64,000 bases of DNA, taken from positions 124,001 through 188,000 of the forward strand of contig NW_026860290.1 in NCBI RefSeq assembly GCF_026571515.1. Reading direction: 5' to 3'. The position numbers were made by a program, and so were the translations under genes. The notes under the pieces are model-generated. The model worked only from the letters and a program-made list of their open reading frames with translations. It did not search any database and was not told the origin of the DNA. Below, one piece after another: positions 24,127-37,471 of this stretch. The DNA is from Ruditapes philippinarum (taxonomy: Eukaryota). Each line of letters starts with the position of its first letter. Position 1 is the first letter of the stretch.

Positions 24127-27100
24127 TTATTCCCATGCATTTTTCTTGTATACTGTTTGTGGTGATAACGGTGGTTTATCTAAATTGGTCTCTAAAATAA
24201 TATAAGCACCACTTGCATCTGTATACGCCACCGGATCAGCACGCGCATTTGTGTAAATTGGACTGTTGATAAACAAAAATAAATAAATGATAGACTAAAT
24301 TGGTCTACAAAAGGAACATTTTCCATGGAAAAATGTTAAAACAAACAATATAAAGGCGACATTAGGATATTTTCATCAAGTATGTCTTGAAAGAAAAATG
24401 TTGATTGAATTTTAAGTGGTTAAGAATGGATATTTATATGAATTTGTTATTACGTATGATACTCAATACTGTCACGGATGTAATATAAATCCGTAATACT
24501 GTCAACATAATTATTATATGAAATACCTTCCATAATGAAAGTGTCTGTTTTAAAAGCTGAAATTTGGAATGAAAACGTTGAATGACTGTGCCTAACAGTA
24601 ATTCTAAGTTTATATTTTATAAACATATTTTCATGTTCATTAACAATGTCATGATCTCATTTCATATCTTAGTTCAATCGTGATTAATTAGGTAATAGTT
24701 ATAGTATATAAAACGAGTTAGTTACAGGGTATAACACTGGCTGGGGCGACATCAAGGGGTGTTTCTGCTAAAAAATGGCGAGGCCGTCAGGCCGAGACAA
24801 TTTTTTTGCAGAAACATCCCGATTTTATGTTGTTTTTTTTTGCTACTGGGAATGGTCGTTACCACTGCCCCATTGGAGCCTCTATGAAAAAACTGTATTG
24901 ATATATACAAGGTGCGAAAAAAACTCGACCGATATATAACAGTCGAGTTTTTTTCCTATATGAATCAATGAAAAAACTGTACTGTTATATATCAATACAG
25001 TTTTGAAATGCTCATTGAAGTGTACTGAGTATAATGGGTTAGAAAGAACAAAGAAAAAGCTCACAGCCATGCGATAAATGCATGTTATATGATAGCATTA
25101 AGCTGTGTAGTTAGTAGTCACTTTTATTCTACAGTTGACATTGTCCAGTGGAGTAAGTTTATGTAAGAAGCAACTTCATTTCGAAGACAATTCAGTAAGA
25201 TTTAGGAGCAAACTGAAATGGGCTACTACATAGTAATTATATAATTCCGATAACTTGGCTCAAGCCGGTCAGTGAATAAAATAAATTAATGACTTATTCA
25301 TAAATAGTGGCGCCGGATGTAAAGTGTACCAGTGTTTGGATAGTAATTGGGTTGTGGATAGTTATGATATTTCTCCAGTTTCTTTTGGTAATCTAACGCT
25401 TTACTCCAATTTCATAAATCTTAACAACAGTGCAGCCGAGAGGAAGTCACAATCAGTATATTCAATTAATAATAGAAACAGTTTCCTGTCCATTTGTTTG
25501 CTACTGTGTGGGGATGTTCACCCTTGTCCAGGTCATGAAAATTGTAAGTGATTCAAAACTCTTGACAACCAGTACAACGTTTTTAATAATCGTGGACTCC
25601 TTTTTATACATGTGAATGTAAGAAGTTTACTTCCTTAGTTAGAGGATATTCGTATTCTAGCACATAAATCCAGTGCAGCATGCATAGGTATATCGGAATC
25701 ATGGCTAGATGTATCTGTTTTTGATTCGAAAATTCAAATCCAGAATTATAGTATCATTCGTCGTGACCGAGACAGGCATGGTGACGGAGTTTGCCTTTAC
25801 ATTCGTAGTGACTTAACTTTTAACACTAGAAGCGATCTACAACACGAGAAGCTAGAAGCGACGTGGGCGGAAATCCTTCTTCCTAAAGCTAGACCGATTC
25901 TTGTGGGCATTATTTATCGACCTCCAAAACAGTTGGACTTTATTGGCATTCTTGAAGACTTGTGCAATAGTTCTCCTCATTTTATTGAACATGAAACACT
26001 TATTTTAGGTGATTTTAACATTGATGTTTATAAACAAAGAAATAGGCCAGTGTGTGTTTTATCTTCTGCTTTTAGTACTTTTCTTAATATGTTTCATTTT
26101 AAACATTTATTTAATAAACACACCAGGGTGTGTCATACATCGTCTTCTACTATAGATCTTATTATTGTGTCTGACATAGACAAAATTTCTCAGTCAGGAG
26201 TCTTAAGTACATGTTTTAATGATCATTTTACTATCTATTGTACAGGAAAAGTTACTAAAAATTATGTTGGCAAGCATAACACTATCAAAGCACGTTCAAT
26301 GAAAAATTATAATAATAAGGATGATTTCCAGAAATCTTTACTTGCAGTTGACTGGTCTCCTGTATTATTATGTGACTGTGTATCTGAAGCTTGGAAACTT
26401 TTTAAATCTATTTTTCTAGCTAACTGTTGTTGATTACATTGCTCCTGTTAGGGAAATGCGTATTAAACAACGTACTGAAACATGGATTAGTCCAGAAATT
26501 TTTCAATGTTTAAATGATAGAGATAAAGCTTTTCATTTGTATAGAAAGAATAAAACTGATGAAAATTTTGAGAATTTTAAAACATATAGAAATAGAGCTA
26601 ATGAACTTATTTTTATGGCGAAAAAGAACCATTTTAATAATTCATGTGACAATCATAAAAATGATTCAAAGACCTTATGGAAATCCCTTAAGGAGCTTGG
26701 TCTACCATCTTAAAAGGATAATTCATCTTCTAAGAATAATATTGGATTAAAAATATGTGATGAAATTTGTTTTGATAAACAAAAGGTTGCTGAAGAATTC
26801 AACAATTTTTACTGTAATGTTGCATCAAATCTTACTCCAAAACTATCTCCAGCATTAAACATTTTTGGTAAACAGTTTGTATCTTCTTTTTATTTATCAA
26901 AAAGAATTATAATAATTTTTCTTTTTCATTGATGTCTGAAAAAAGTGTAATAAAGTATTTGAATAACAAATCCACTGGTCTGGATGGTATTCCTTCACGT
27001 TTTGTAAGAGATAGTGCATCTATTATTGCCTTTCCTTTAACAAACATTATAAATTTGTCATTGATACAAGGCACAGTACCAGATGATTTGAAGGCAGCAA

Positions 27101-30100
27101 GAATTGTTCCTCTTTTCAAAAAGAATGATAAAACTGAAGTTGGCAACTACAGGCCTGTTTCCATAGTAAGCATTGTTTCTAAAATTTTTGAAAGGGTTGT
27201 TTATGATCAGATTTATTCCTATCTTAAAGAAATGGACATATTATATAAATTTCAATCAGGATTTAGAGGTGGTTTTTCCACTGACACTTGTCTTACACAT
27301 CTATCTGATTTTATTAGGCTACATATGGATAAAGGTAATCTTGTAGGCATGATTTTAATGGATCTTCAAAAAGCATTTGATACAGTGTACCACTCAATCC
27401 TTTTAATGAAATTAGAAGCCATTGGACTAAGTACTGATGATTTACAATGGTTTAGGTCATATCTGTCTGATAGGCAACAACTTGTTGATGTATCTGGTAC
27501 TTTTTCCTCACATGAAAGGGTTACTTGTGGTGTTCCCAAAGGGTCTATCTTGGGACCATTATTATTTTTAATTTATGTAAATGATATGCAGGCTGTTGTT
27601 AAAAATAAACTTCTTCTTTATGCAGATGATTCTGCTATTCTTGTTACAGGTAAAAATAGGTCATCTATTGAAAAAGAACTGACAGATGAACTACATTCTG
27701 TCAGTCAATGGTTAATTGACAATAAACTTTCCCTTCACTTAGGCAAAACAGAGACAACATTATTTGGTTCTAAACATAGGTAAAAAACAGGTTCATCACT
27801 TCATGTCAGTTGTAAAGGGACTGATATACAGTCAATTTCTAATGTCAAATATCTAGGTGCAACACTTGATCAGTCTCTCTCCTGTGAAGCAATGGCAAGT
27901 TCTATTATTAAAAAGGCCAATGCAAGGTTAAAGTTTCTGTATAGAAAACGTGATCATCTCACATTTCACACTAAAAAACTTCTGGTTATCGCCCTCATCC
28001 AATGTCATTTTGATTATGCATGTTGTTTCTGGTTTCCCGGGGTTACTAAATACTGGAAGGATAAACTCCAAGTCACACAAAATAGATTAATAAGATTTGT
28101 TCTAAATCTTGGTTATAAGTCACATATTGATAATGAACACTTTAAAATTTTAAATTGGCTACCTGTCCAGAAAAGAGTTGATCAAATCATCCTATGTCAT
28201 GTTTTTAAAATAAAACATGGACTTGCCCCGGAATATATGGAGAAAACTTTATTCCATTAGATTCTGTTCATACTTACAGGACCAGGTCAAGTGAAAGTTG
28301 GTGTTATATGCTACCTAAGGTCAAAGGTTTCGGATCAAAGTCTTTTGTTTACAATGGATGTGTATTGTGGAATAAACTACCCTCTTCTATTAGGATGGAA
28401 TCAAAATTGTACAATTTTAAATTATCTGTTAAAAAACATTTACTAAATGGGTAATTTTCTCTTTTAAAGGTGTCTATCCTCTAGTCTTAATATTTATTAT
28501 TTTTATTAATTTATTTTAATTTGAAACTTTTATGTATACTATTGTCTTTCTTCAATTTAAAACTGTGATAAGTCATTTTCATGCATCTCTTTGTCAAAAC
28601 CATCAGTATCTAAGGACCACAATGGAAATAAGAGATTAAGTTCTCTTTCTTGTGTTATCCTTGGTATGATGTTTTTGTTATGGTGCATTTCTTTTACATT
28701 GATATTTGTTTTTATTGTTTTATCATGTATTGGATATGTTTTTACCATGTTATTACTGAATACTGAAATAAATCTATCTATCTATCTAGAGTAAACCAGC
28801 TGTTTCCACGTACGAAAATAGTTGTAATCCATTGCCTTTTTACGATGAATCTAGCAGCACTTGTTCAGATGGTGATTTTGAAACTTTAATAAAGCGCGTT
28901 GAAACTGTGCTCACCTATTGATGGACACAGACATACTTGTTTACTAAGGCATGCTAAAATGTCTTACTTGTAGTAGCTTTACAATTTCAACTTATTGAAT
29001 TTAGAAGATAAAAAAAATTCAGAAAAAAGTACCTGGAGTAGCCCAATCAAGTTCGACCAACAGTAAAAATTTATCAGTTTGAATAATTCTGATTGAATAT
29101 AATAAACATTAATACACTTTTGAGTATGGAATTTAATTATAGACATTATTTTTAGAAGTAACAGGCTTGAAAGGTTGTATATGTAAGAATATAGCTGTAT
29201 AACATATAAACAAAGTCAATGGGTGATTAAACTGGCAAGTATGATAATTATATTCCTTGTTTATAAGCTTATTGCATAGATTATCAAACACTGATTACAT
29301 AGTTTTTCGGGAGGGGAATAAGAATTTGGTGAAACCTAAAATGATAAGTTACAAGTTACTTTGGCTATATTTCAAACATATTTTCACTGAAAACAAATCA
29401 AAACATTGACGTCACATTATATAGATATGTGATTTCAAAGTGAATTAAACTTGTTAAGGTCGTTCATCATAGGTCTATTAGTATACACGTCTAGCTTTCA
29501 ATTCGAGCCCCGGGATTTAATCAAGTCGGGTGAGGACATTTTATGATGGAACTCACGAGTAAAATATTCATTATCTTGTTGGTGGAAGGAAATATAACAG
29601 TACGTTAGTGTATATATTTCATATGCTCTTTTCATTTTACATTTCAGTTATTTTATTATATACTTAAATATAAATACTGTTGATGTTGACGTGTCGCAAT
29701 AGTCGTCATTGTAAATCATTTTGTAAAACTGGCAAATATTGTGCAATTAACTACAAATTTTGTTGTTGTGGTTTTCCTGTTTGTGAATATTTGATAATAT
29801 TGCCAGTGGAAAACAATATAAAAATATTCAAAACACTTTTAGTGTATTTCTCCTATGTGAGCCCTGTCATATGCTACGACTATGGAAATGACAACTGGGT
29901 TAATTACTTACAATTTATTATTACTAAAGTACATGAAATCACAAAATGAAGCTATTTTGTATTTAAAACAATTTATATGTAAACTTACTTATTGTAAGCA
30001 CCATGATAGTCATCCAAATGTTGACGCCTCCTCTCAACCGAGGCATTTAGTTCTTCTTCAAAAGTTCTGAAATGGCATGATTAGTAAGGGAGAAAACAAT

Positions 30101-33100
30101 ATTATGACGAAAAATCACGGTTTAACCAAAAACGGTATGGGTATTTGATAAACTTAGAAACGACGTAATGTGCATCTTATATGATAAAACTTTTTTCATT
30201 AAATTGTACATACAGTAAAGTTAAAATATTTAAGCGCAATTAAACGTGTCTAGACTTGTGTTCTTATACAGCTCAAATATGTTTTGAATTACATAATTCC
30301 CGACGAGCTTATATTTTAAGTTAATACATTAATGTAAGAATACTTACGTCGGACGAAACTTTTTATTGGCATTAGTAACCGCATTGTCGTGATGTGTGTT
30401 GTACATGGTGTTATAAGCATAGGCTGGCTCCACGTTACTGCGGAAAACAAGTGTTACAATTTTTTTCTATTGCTGTGTTATTTCGAGGCATATACAGGGC
30501 TTTTTTTTGTTTTAACTCTCATTTTCTTTAATACGAAACAATTATTAGCTTTGGAAAATACTGCATCGAAAGTTGATGATGGCATACTTATGGCATGTCA
30601 AATGAGCGTGGTTTTCATTTTTGTGTTTGTTTTTTAAGCAGGGAGGTAGTTGGTCGAAAAGTTGTAAGGTCGAAAACACAACAAGTTTTTTTTACCTTTT
30701 TCTGTTTCCGTACTTTCAACTCTTATAGTAATAAATTTCAAGAAGTGAAAGGGCGAAAACACAACAAACAGTGCTTTTGGTATGTTTATCCCCCCCGCCC
30801 AATTTCGCCCATGTGGCACGAATATACTACTATGGAAGTTATTCACATTTGGAAAACAATATATCCTAGAATATAATTAAGTGATTTGGCCTTGTTTTTA
30901 ATATTCCCATATATTCATATAAATTAACGTTCACAATTTACGAAAGTAAGCCTAAATTTACTATTATGAAATATTATAAATGCGTTGAATATAGGAAAAT
31001 AAAATATTGTCACATTTTTATGCCTTTCTTTATTGAATACAGATCTACCTATTAACTAAAAACATTCAGGTACGCTTTTTTTGGTTTTGCTTCCTATGTC
31101 TTCTACGTTATATTTCTCTGTTACCACCAAAGTTTGATAAAGATGAAATATGTACAACTATGCTTTGACTGATGAAAACATATTTGTTGTTGTTTAAAAT
31201 AACAGATACAAATGTTTGGCAAACACTATTTTTTGATAAGATTAAGTTTAATAATGTAAATAAATAAAAAAATAAATAAATGAGTGGATGGGTGGCTGGG
31301 TAATAAATAAGTAAATAAATAAATAAATCAAACACAAAACAACAAACATATTGTAAGATCATGACAGTACATATAAAAGCATACCTCATTTGAAACCTTT
31401 CATTTGAATTTACGTTACCAATGTTGTTAGATGTGTTATACTGGTTGTTATGACCATCGGGTTGTACTCCACTCCCCCTGGAAAATATTTAGATTATTAT
31501 TTGTCGAAATAGCACTCAAAGACAAGATGTTTTTAGCAGACCCAGCAAAATAAATCTAAGACATCATATTGAACTTGAGAAAACACTATAAATCAAAGAC
31601 AATATTTGTAGCAAAGGCAATATTATGAATGAAAGACAAAGCTATTATACCAGAAACTACACGTTTAATCAAAAAGCAACATTACTGTACCAACAAGATA
31701 TTGTACCAGAGGAAACACTATAAATAAAAAACAACATGTTGTAGCAAAAACTACACTACTATAAATCAAAGAAAATATATTGTATTAGCATCATATTATA
31801 AAAAGGCAAAATTATAAAACCAATGCAGCATATTGTACCTAGGACAACACTGTTATTATCGAAGGTTACATCTGAAGCAGGAAAAGCAATATTGTAAATC
31901 AAAGATAACATAATGTACCAGAAACAACACTACAAAACAAATAAAACATATTGTACCAGAGACATTTCTATAAATGAAAAACACGTTGCACAAGAAACAG
32001 CGCCATGAATGAAAGGCGACAAATTGAAGATAAGACAGCACTATTAAACAAAGGCAACATATCTTAGCAGAGACTACAGTTAAACTCAAAGGGAACATTA
32101 TTGTACCAGACACATCACTATGGATAAAAAGTAACATACTGTACCAGAGACAACACAAGAAATGAAAGGCAACATATTGAGGATGTGACAACACTATTTA
32201 TCAAAGGCAACATATTGTACTAGAGAAAACACCATAATGTATAAAGCAAAGGCAACACATTGAACCAGAGGCAACACTATGAATATTGAAGACAGTATAC
32301 AGTAGAAAAGACAACACTATCAATCGAAGGCAAAATATTTAATCAAAGGCAACATATTGTACGAGAGAAAACATTTTTCATCAAAGCAACATATAGTGAC
32401 AAACACTATAAATCAGAGGCAGCATATTGTATCAGAAACAGCACTTTAAATAAAAGGCAACATATTGTATCAGAAACAACACTTTAAATAAAATGCAACA
32501 TATTGTATCAGAAACAGCCCTTTAAATAAAAGGCAACATATTGTATCAGAAACAACACTTTAAATAAAAGGCAATATATTGTACAAGAGACAAAACTATA
32601 AATCAAAGGCAACACATTGTACCAAATACAACATCATTTAATCAAAGACACCATATTGAAACAGAGACAACGCTATCAGTTGAAGCGTAAATATTAAATC
32701 AAAAGCATCATATTGTACTAGACACAACACTATATTTTAAAGGCATACTATTGTGAAAGGGACAACAGTTTAAATTGAAGGATACATATATTAGAGGAGA
32801 CAGAACTATAAATAAAAGGCAACAAATAAAATAAAATGATTTAAAAAGTTTAAGTTCCACAATAGCTATTTGGCATGTCATCTCGTTATTTGCATACTTT
32901 ACATTAGCTTAAATGCTTTGAATAATTAAGTCTTATTGAAATTACATGGTAGACAATGGAACATTTTGTCTTAGCTTCTAACATTACCCCAAATATTTTA
33001 TATTACATTGCTTTTATTTCTTAAAAGCTTTATATTTTGGTACCTTGTTACAGTTTCCTAACAGTTACTGATTAACTATATCGCTGAACCATTATCTGTT

Positions 33101-36100
33101 TCTTTTGCATTTAGGAAATAAATACAATAATAGTGATTTAGTATTTCACATGTAAGTATAAAATCAACACTTTATTAACGTTTGTCTTCTTTTACGAGAC
33201 ATTATTTCACATTCATCAATAGTTTCATTAAACGATATTCGTTAAATATGATCTAAATGCATAATCCATACTGCCCTTCCTTATGAAATAAAAAAATCGT
33301 GAGTGTAAATGTGCCTTTGATGGCACAGGCTTTTAAGGCCTAGACAATTCTAAAATTATACACTACCTTTTCTTTAACCGGTAAACAATTCCTACAACTG
33401 CCAGAATTATAAAGAAAGTTCCAACCACAATAATGATTATGTACAGAATCAAATTTATTGTGGTGTCTTCCTCGGGTTTCTCAACTGTAAACACAATTAT
33501 AAGACAGTATATATACTTACAATAACTTATAACTAATCAAACTTATTTTCATAGTGAAATTGTACTACATGTATAAAACGTTTCATGACTAACCGATTCG
33601 TCATTCCCATAGTTAGCATTATGGTTCATGTACATCATAATAGGTTCACTGTGTACATTATAAATGGTTCGAGATGTGTATCATAAAAGACCAATTGTGT
33701 ACATCATAAATGTTCATGGTGTACATCATAAATGGTTCGAGGTGTATATCATAAAAGATCCATGATGTACATCATAAAAGATTCATAGTATGTATCATAA
33801 AAGGTTCATTGTGTACATAATTAAAGATACATGGTGTAAATCATAAATGTTCAGTGTGAACATCGTTATACACGTAACAACATAAAATATTTTCATTTGA
33901 AAGAGCTTGATTTGTAAGAATATATGAAAATTGAAATAGCAGCTTATGCATCTTGACCAGCTGTCCGATAATTCATAGTCTTCATGGATTTTTTTGACAT
34001 GATCGTGTTATGCAATAATCTATAAAAATAGTTATTTTAAAAATGCCGGACTAACAACCACAGACAGGGGGCGCAGCTTAGTCTTGACTGATAGACACAC
34101 GTCTAGGTGGTGGGTGATGGCACACACACACCCATGACTTTTTTATTTTTGGATATGTTAAATGCAATAAACACGGTCAGGTGATTATTAGAAATTAATA
34201 TAGACATAAATTTATTTTTACTTTATTAGAAAAAAGTGTTGACCGTGGCTTGCGCGGCTTTTTAGGAAACTAGGCTTCTCTCTTCTAGGACAAGTTGTAG
34301 CTGTATTATCATCTTTATTTTTGTCATTGTCGATATAATTATTATATTATTATCCAATCTTGTCTGTTACATAGCATAAAATAGAATACAAATCTTTGAG
34401 CCCCTTGTCCCTTTTCAACCATTAGTTTACTTTATAAAAACATACATATACTGTATATACAAGCTATAAGGAAGACCGTCAGTTTTGGCAATTTCATCAT
34501 TGAACTTACCATTGCAATGTATGCTGTCTCTAGACATAAGTCCGGCAGTGGTCCAGCCATCAGGACATTTCTTGCACGAGGGCTGTGCTTCCTCGTCCTG
34601 GTAGTAGCCTCGAGGGCAGCTCTCACAGTAGTCGTTAGTGGCATATGTTCCCTTACCACACGATACTAGAGGTCAACAAGTGTAAAAATAAAATCTCAGT
34701 TAAAATCTTTTCTTTTTTTGTAGAAATGAAAAGTTCTTTACCATTTGGCTTACTTGGGTAACCCATGCAGAGCAACCCTCTGAGGAGAAATAATCTGTTT
34801 TGAAAAAATATTATAAATTATCAATGAATTAAATCTTCTGGAGCCTCTCAGAAACAAGCAAAATCTGTGTCTTTCAATCAAGGGAAATTGGTAAGTAGAA
34901 GTTGTATATTTATTTTAATCAAATATGTTAAAATTACGACATATCTATATATTTATCACGATGTTTTTGTCAATTGTTCATGTCTGATTTATTCACCATG
35001 CCTAAGTCTAAATGGAAATGATCTATTTGTGAAAATTTGTGATTAGCTCTAATCATCTATACAATGTGTTCATTTCTAAATGTGAATACCCAAGTTATCA
35101 CATAATTTTGAAGTAGACCTAGGCCTAAAATAAAATAGTTTGTTTCCACTCTCCAACCCCCCCCCCCGACACCTACCCATAAAAATCACTGCTACCTTTT
35201 TATTGCCAAACAAAACAAATTCTTTTATTTTATTATCATGCAAGTAAAGCCAACCTGTCAATATTATTCACATCTTTATATCTGTCTCATGTTGTTGTTG
35301 TTTTTTTTCATTTTAAATATTGCAGACTTATATTGAATACAACTTTGAAACTTTGGTTTTATACTTTTAATAAGTAAATGCTATTAAGCATTCATATTCT
35401 TAAAAAAAAGATATATATCTAATTCAGATATAGATCTAAGTACAATTTGGTTCAATACAAAAAAAATAGTTCGGACAATGCACATACCTACCTACCCTAC
35501 TAAAACTGGAATGCATGCGTCGCGGATAATTTTAAATATGGCCCTATCGTCAAATCGTTCTATTTAAAAATGTTCTTACCACAATACTGCCAGACGGATG
35601 CATATCCAGGCTCGCACTCAGCCAAACCGTCCAGGTACGTACTGTTTACACCAACGTCGTAGTCAACGCCACCATATTGTATAGTGAACGCTAGATTTTC
35701 TACTAATGTGTTAAAAATAGTCACTATCTCAGCCAGGTGGTCATAGCAATTGTCTTTTCCTGAGAGAAAACAAAATTATTTCGTCATTATAACGTCATTA
35801 TACGGAAGCATCCTGGTGCCAAATTAACATGTTCTATAAAAGAGATAACTCCTACGTAGGAAATAAAGAAGTTTTATTAGGAGTTTAAAACTCCTACGTC
35901 ATGTGTAGGTGATACAAACTACTTATTAGGCTTTTTTTATTTCGTATAGGAGTAGAACATGTTAAATGGCACAAGGACGCTTCGGTATCATTACTACATT
36001 ATGTTGAAACTAGGTTCAGAAATATTTCAACAAAGAAGTCCCACACATTTATCTAAAAGGTAGATAGCTGTTATAATCGCGTGTCAAAATCAGACGTATA

Positions 36101-37420
36101 CAGTAATATAAACACCAAGACTGGTAGACTTTTGTGACAACTAAGCATTGACAACAAACAATAAAATTAGTTTTGAGATTCTTTGGTTAACAGGTAAATA
36201 ATGAAGTTCTAAGACAAGATGGCAGGAAACATGACATAAATACAGTTGCTTTCCAAATAGGAATTTCTCAATTACAGGCAGTGATATTTATTTCTATACA
36301 CGTTTGTATCATATGCGAACCACAATTTTTATTGACATTGAAAAACACATGAATTTTTGTAAAATACTGTCTGCTTTGATAAAGCATTTGATTTTACTCG
36401 TACAAGTCAAAACGTTTTTTTTTTCAGTTTGTAAGAATGGAAAATCTGCAGGAATATTGTCTTAAGTAATATATCCTATTTTGAACTGTGTCTTATTGCC
36501 AAATTTATTACATATCTTCCTGTATTTCTAAAATGTAATGTTTTTCAGGTATGGACCACATTAACGAAATCATACAAACTTGTTTAATACTTTCAAACAT
36601 ATTTAAACTTTGCAATACATGTAATAGTAATATTATATTTTCTTGTTTCACCAACAAACGCCAATAACAAATTTAAAAAATAAATAAATTTAAAATTGAA
36701 CAAATATCACCTATAGTATTGTCACATGTTAGCTCTATAGTAAATGATACAAAGCTTGTCTCCCTTCGTTTCCTCTCTTCTGATTGGTCAGTTGAAGACG
36801 AAATGTGAACGCCCTTTAATTCGCATGTTCCGTTGGCAACACAACCAGCTGTTTTCAGTTTGTCGCCTTACAGTCGACTTTATGGTGTTTTCAACATCAG
36901 AAGTTTCAGTACTCAACGTATTGTACACACCTGTTTGATTTACCGACAGTTTTGGAGCCAGGTGCTTTGCTACAAGTATAAAATTATGTATATTGCCCCT
37001 ATTTGTCTTTATAATGAATTTCCAAAAGCAATTGTTACTTCGACAAGAAGGGAATGAGTATATCGTTTGTTTGTTTTTGTATTATTTTTTTTTTTGAAAA
37101 AGGGAAGGAAAAAGAAAAGAAAAGAATCTATGAATTTCTATACCAATATTACTTTGTGTGCCAATTCGTTTCGTTGATTTCAAGGATTAACCTTTTTTAT
37201 TGTGCAAAATGACCTATAAATAGTAACCGTTTAAGACACGCACTAGTTTATTTCTGTTTTTTTTCTTTAACTGTTCCATATCTTAAGTTATGCAATATTT
37301 CCAATTTTCAGACCTATGTCTTTAGACTTTGGACTTCATAGGAACCCTGCTTAGCATAGTTCATACATTTTGAATTTTATAATATCAATTATGTCTGTGC
37401 ATACTCATTAATTAATTAAT

Positions 37421-37471
<51 letters not shown>

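Larger units (their letters stand above)
19272..31650. repeat. Right arm of large inverted segmental duplication
   Basis: Reverse complement of 1-10093, plus arm-specific sequence (19322-19476, ~24695-25115, LINE 25287-28787). Confidence 0.95.

Noticed and set aside
26907-27146. Minus-strand ORF inside the LINE
   Set aside because: Antisense shadow of the RT frame.
1-31650. Inverted duplication as a simple assembly artefact
   Set aside because: Arms differ by roughly 6-20%, carry private TE insertions with clean empty sites, and only one HSD17B14 copy is disabled. Long-read confirmation is still desirable.
31856-32194. Hydrophobic 112-aa ORF, and CRISPR-like periodicity of the 38-bp and 23-bp arrays
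   Set aside because: Head-to-tail minisatellites without unique spacers, in eukaryotic introns, with no cas genes.
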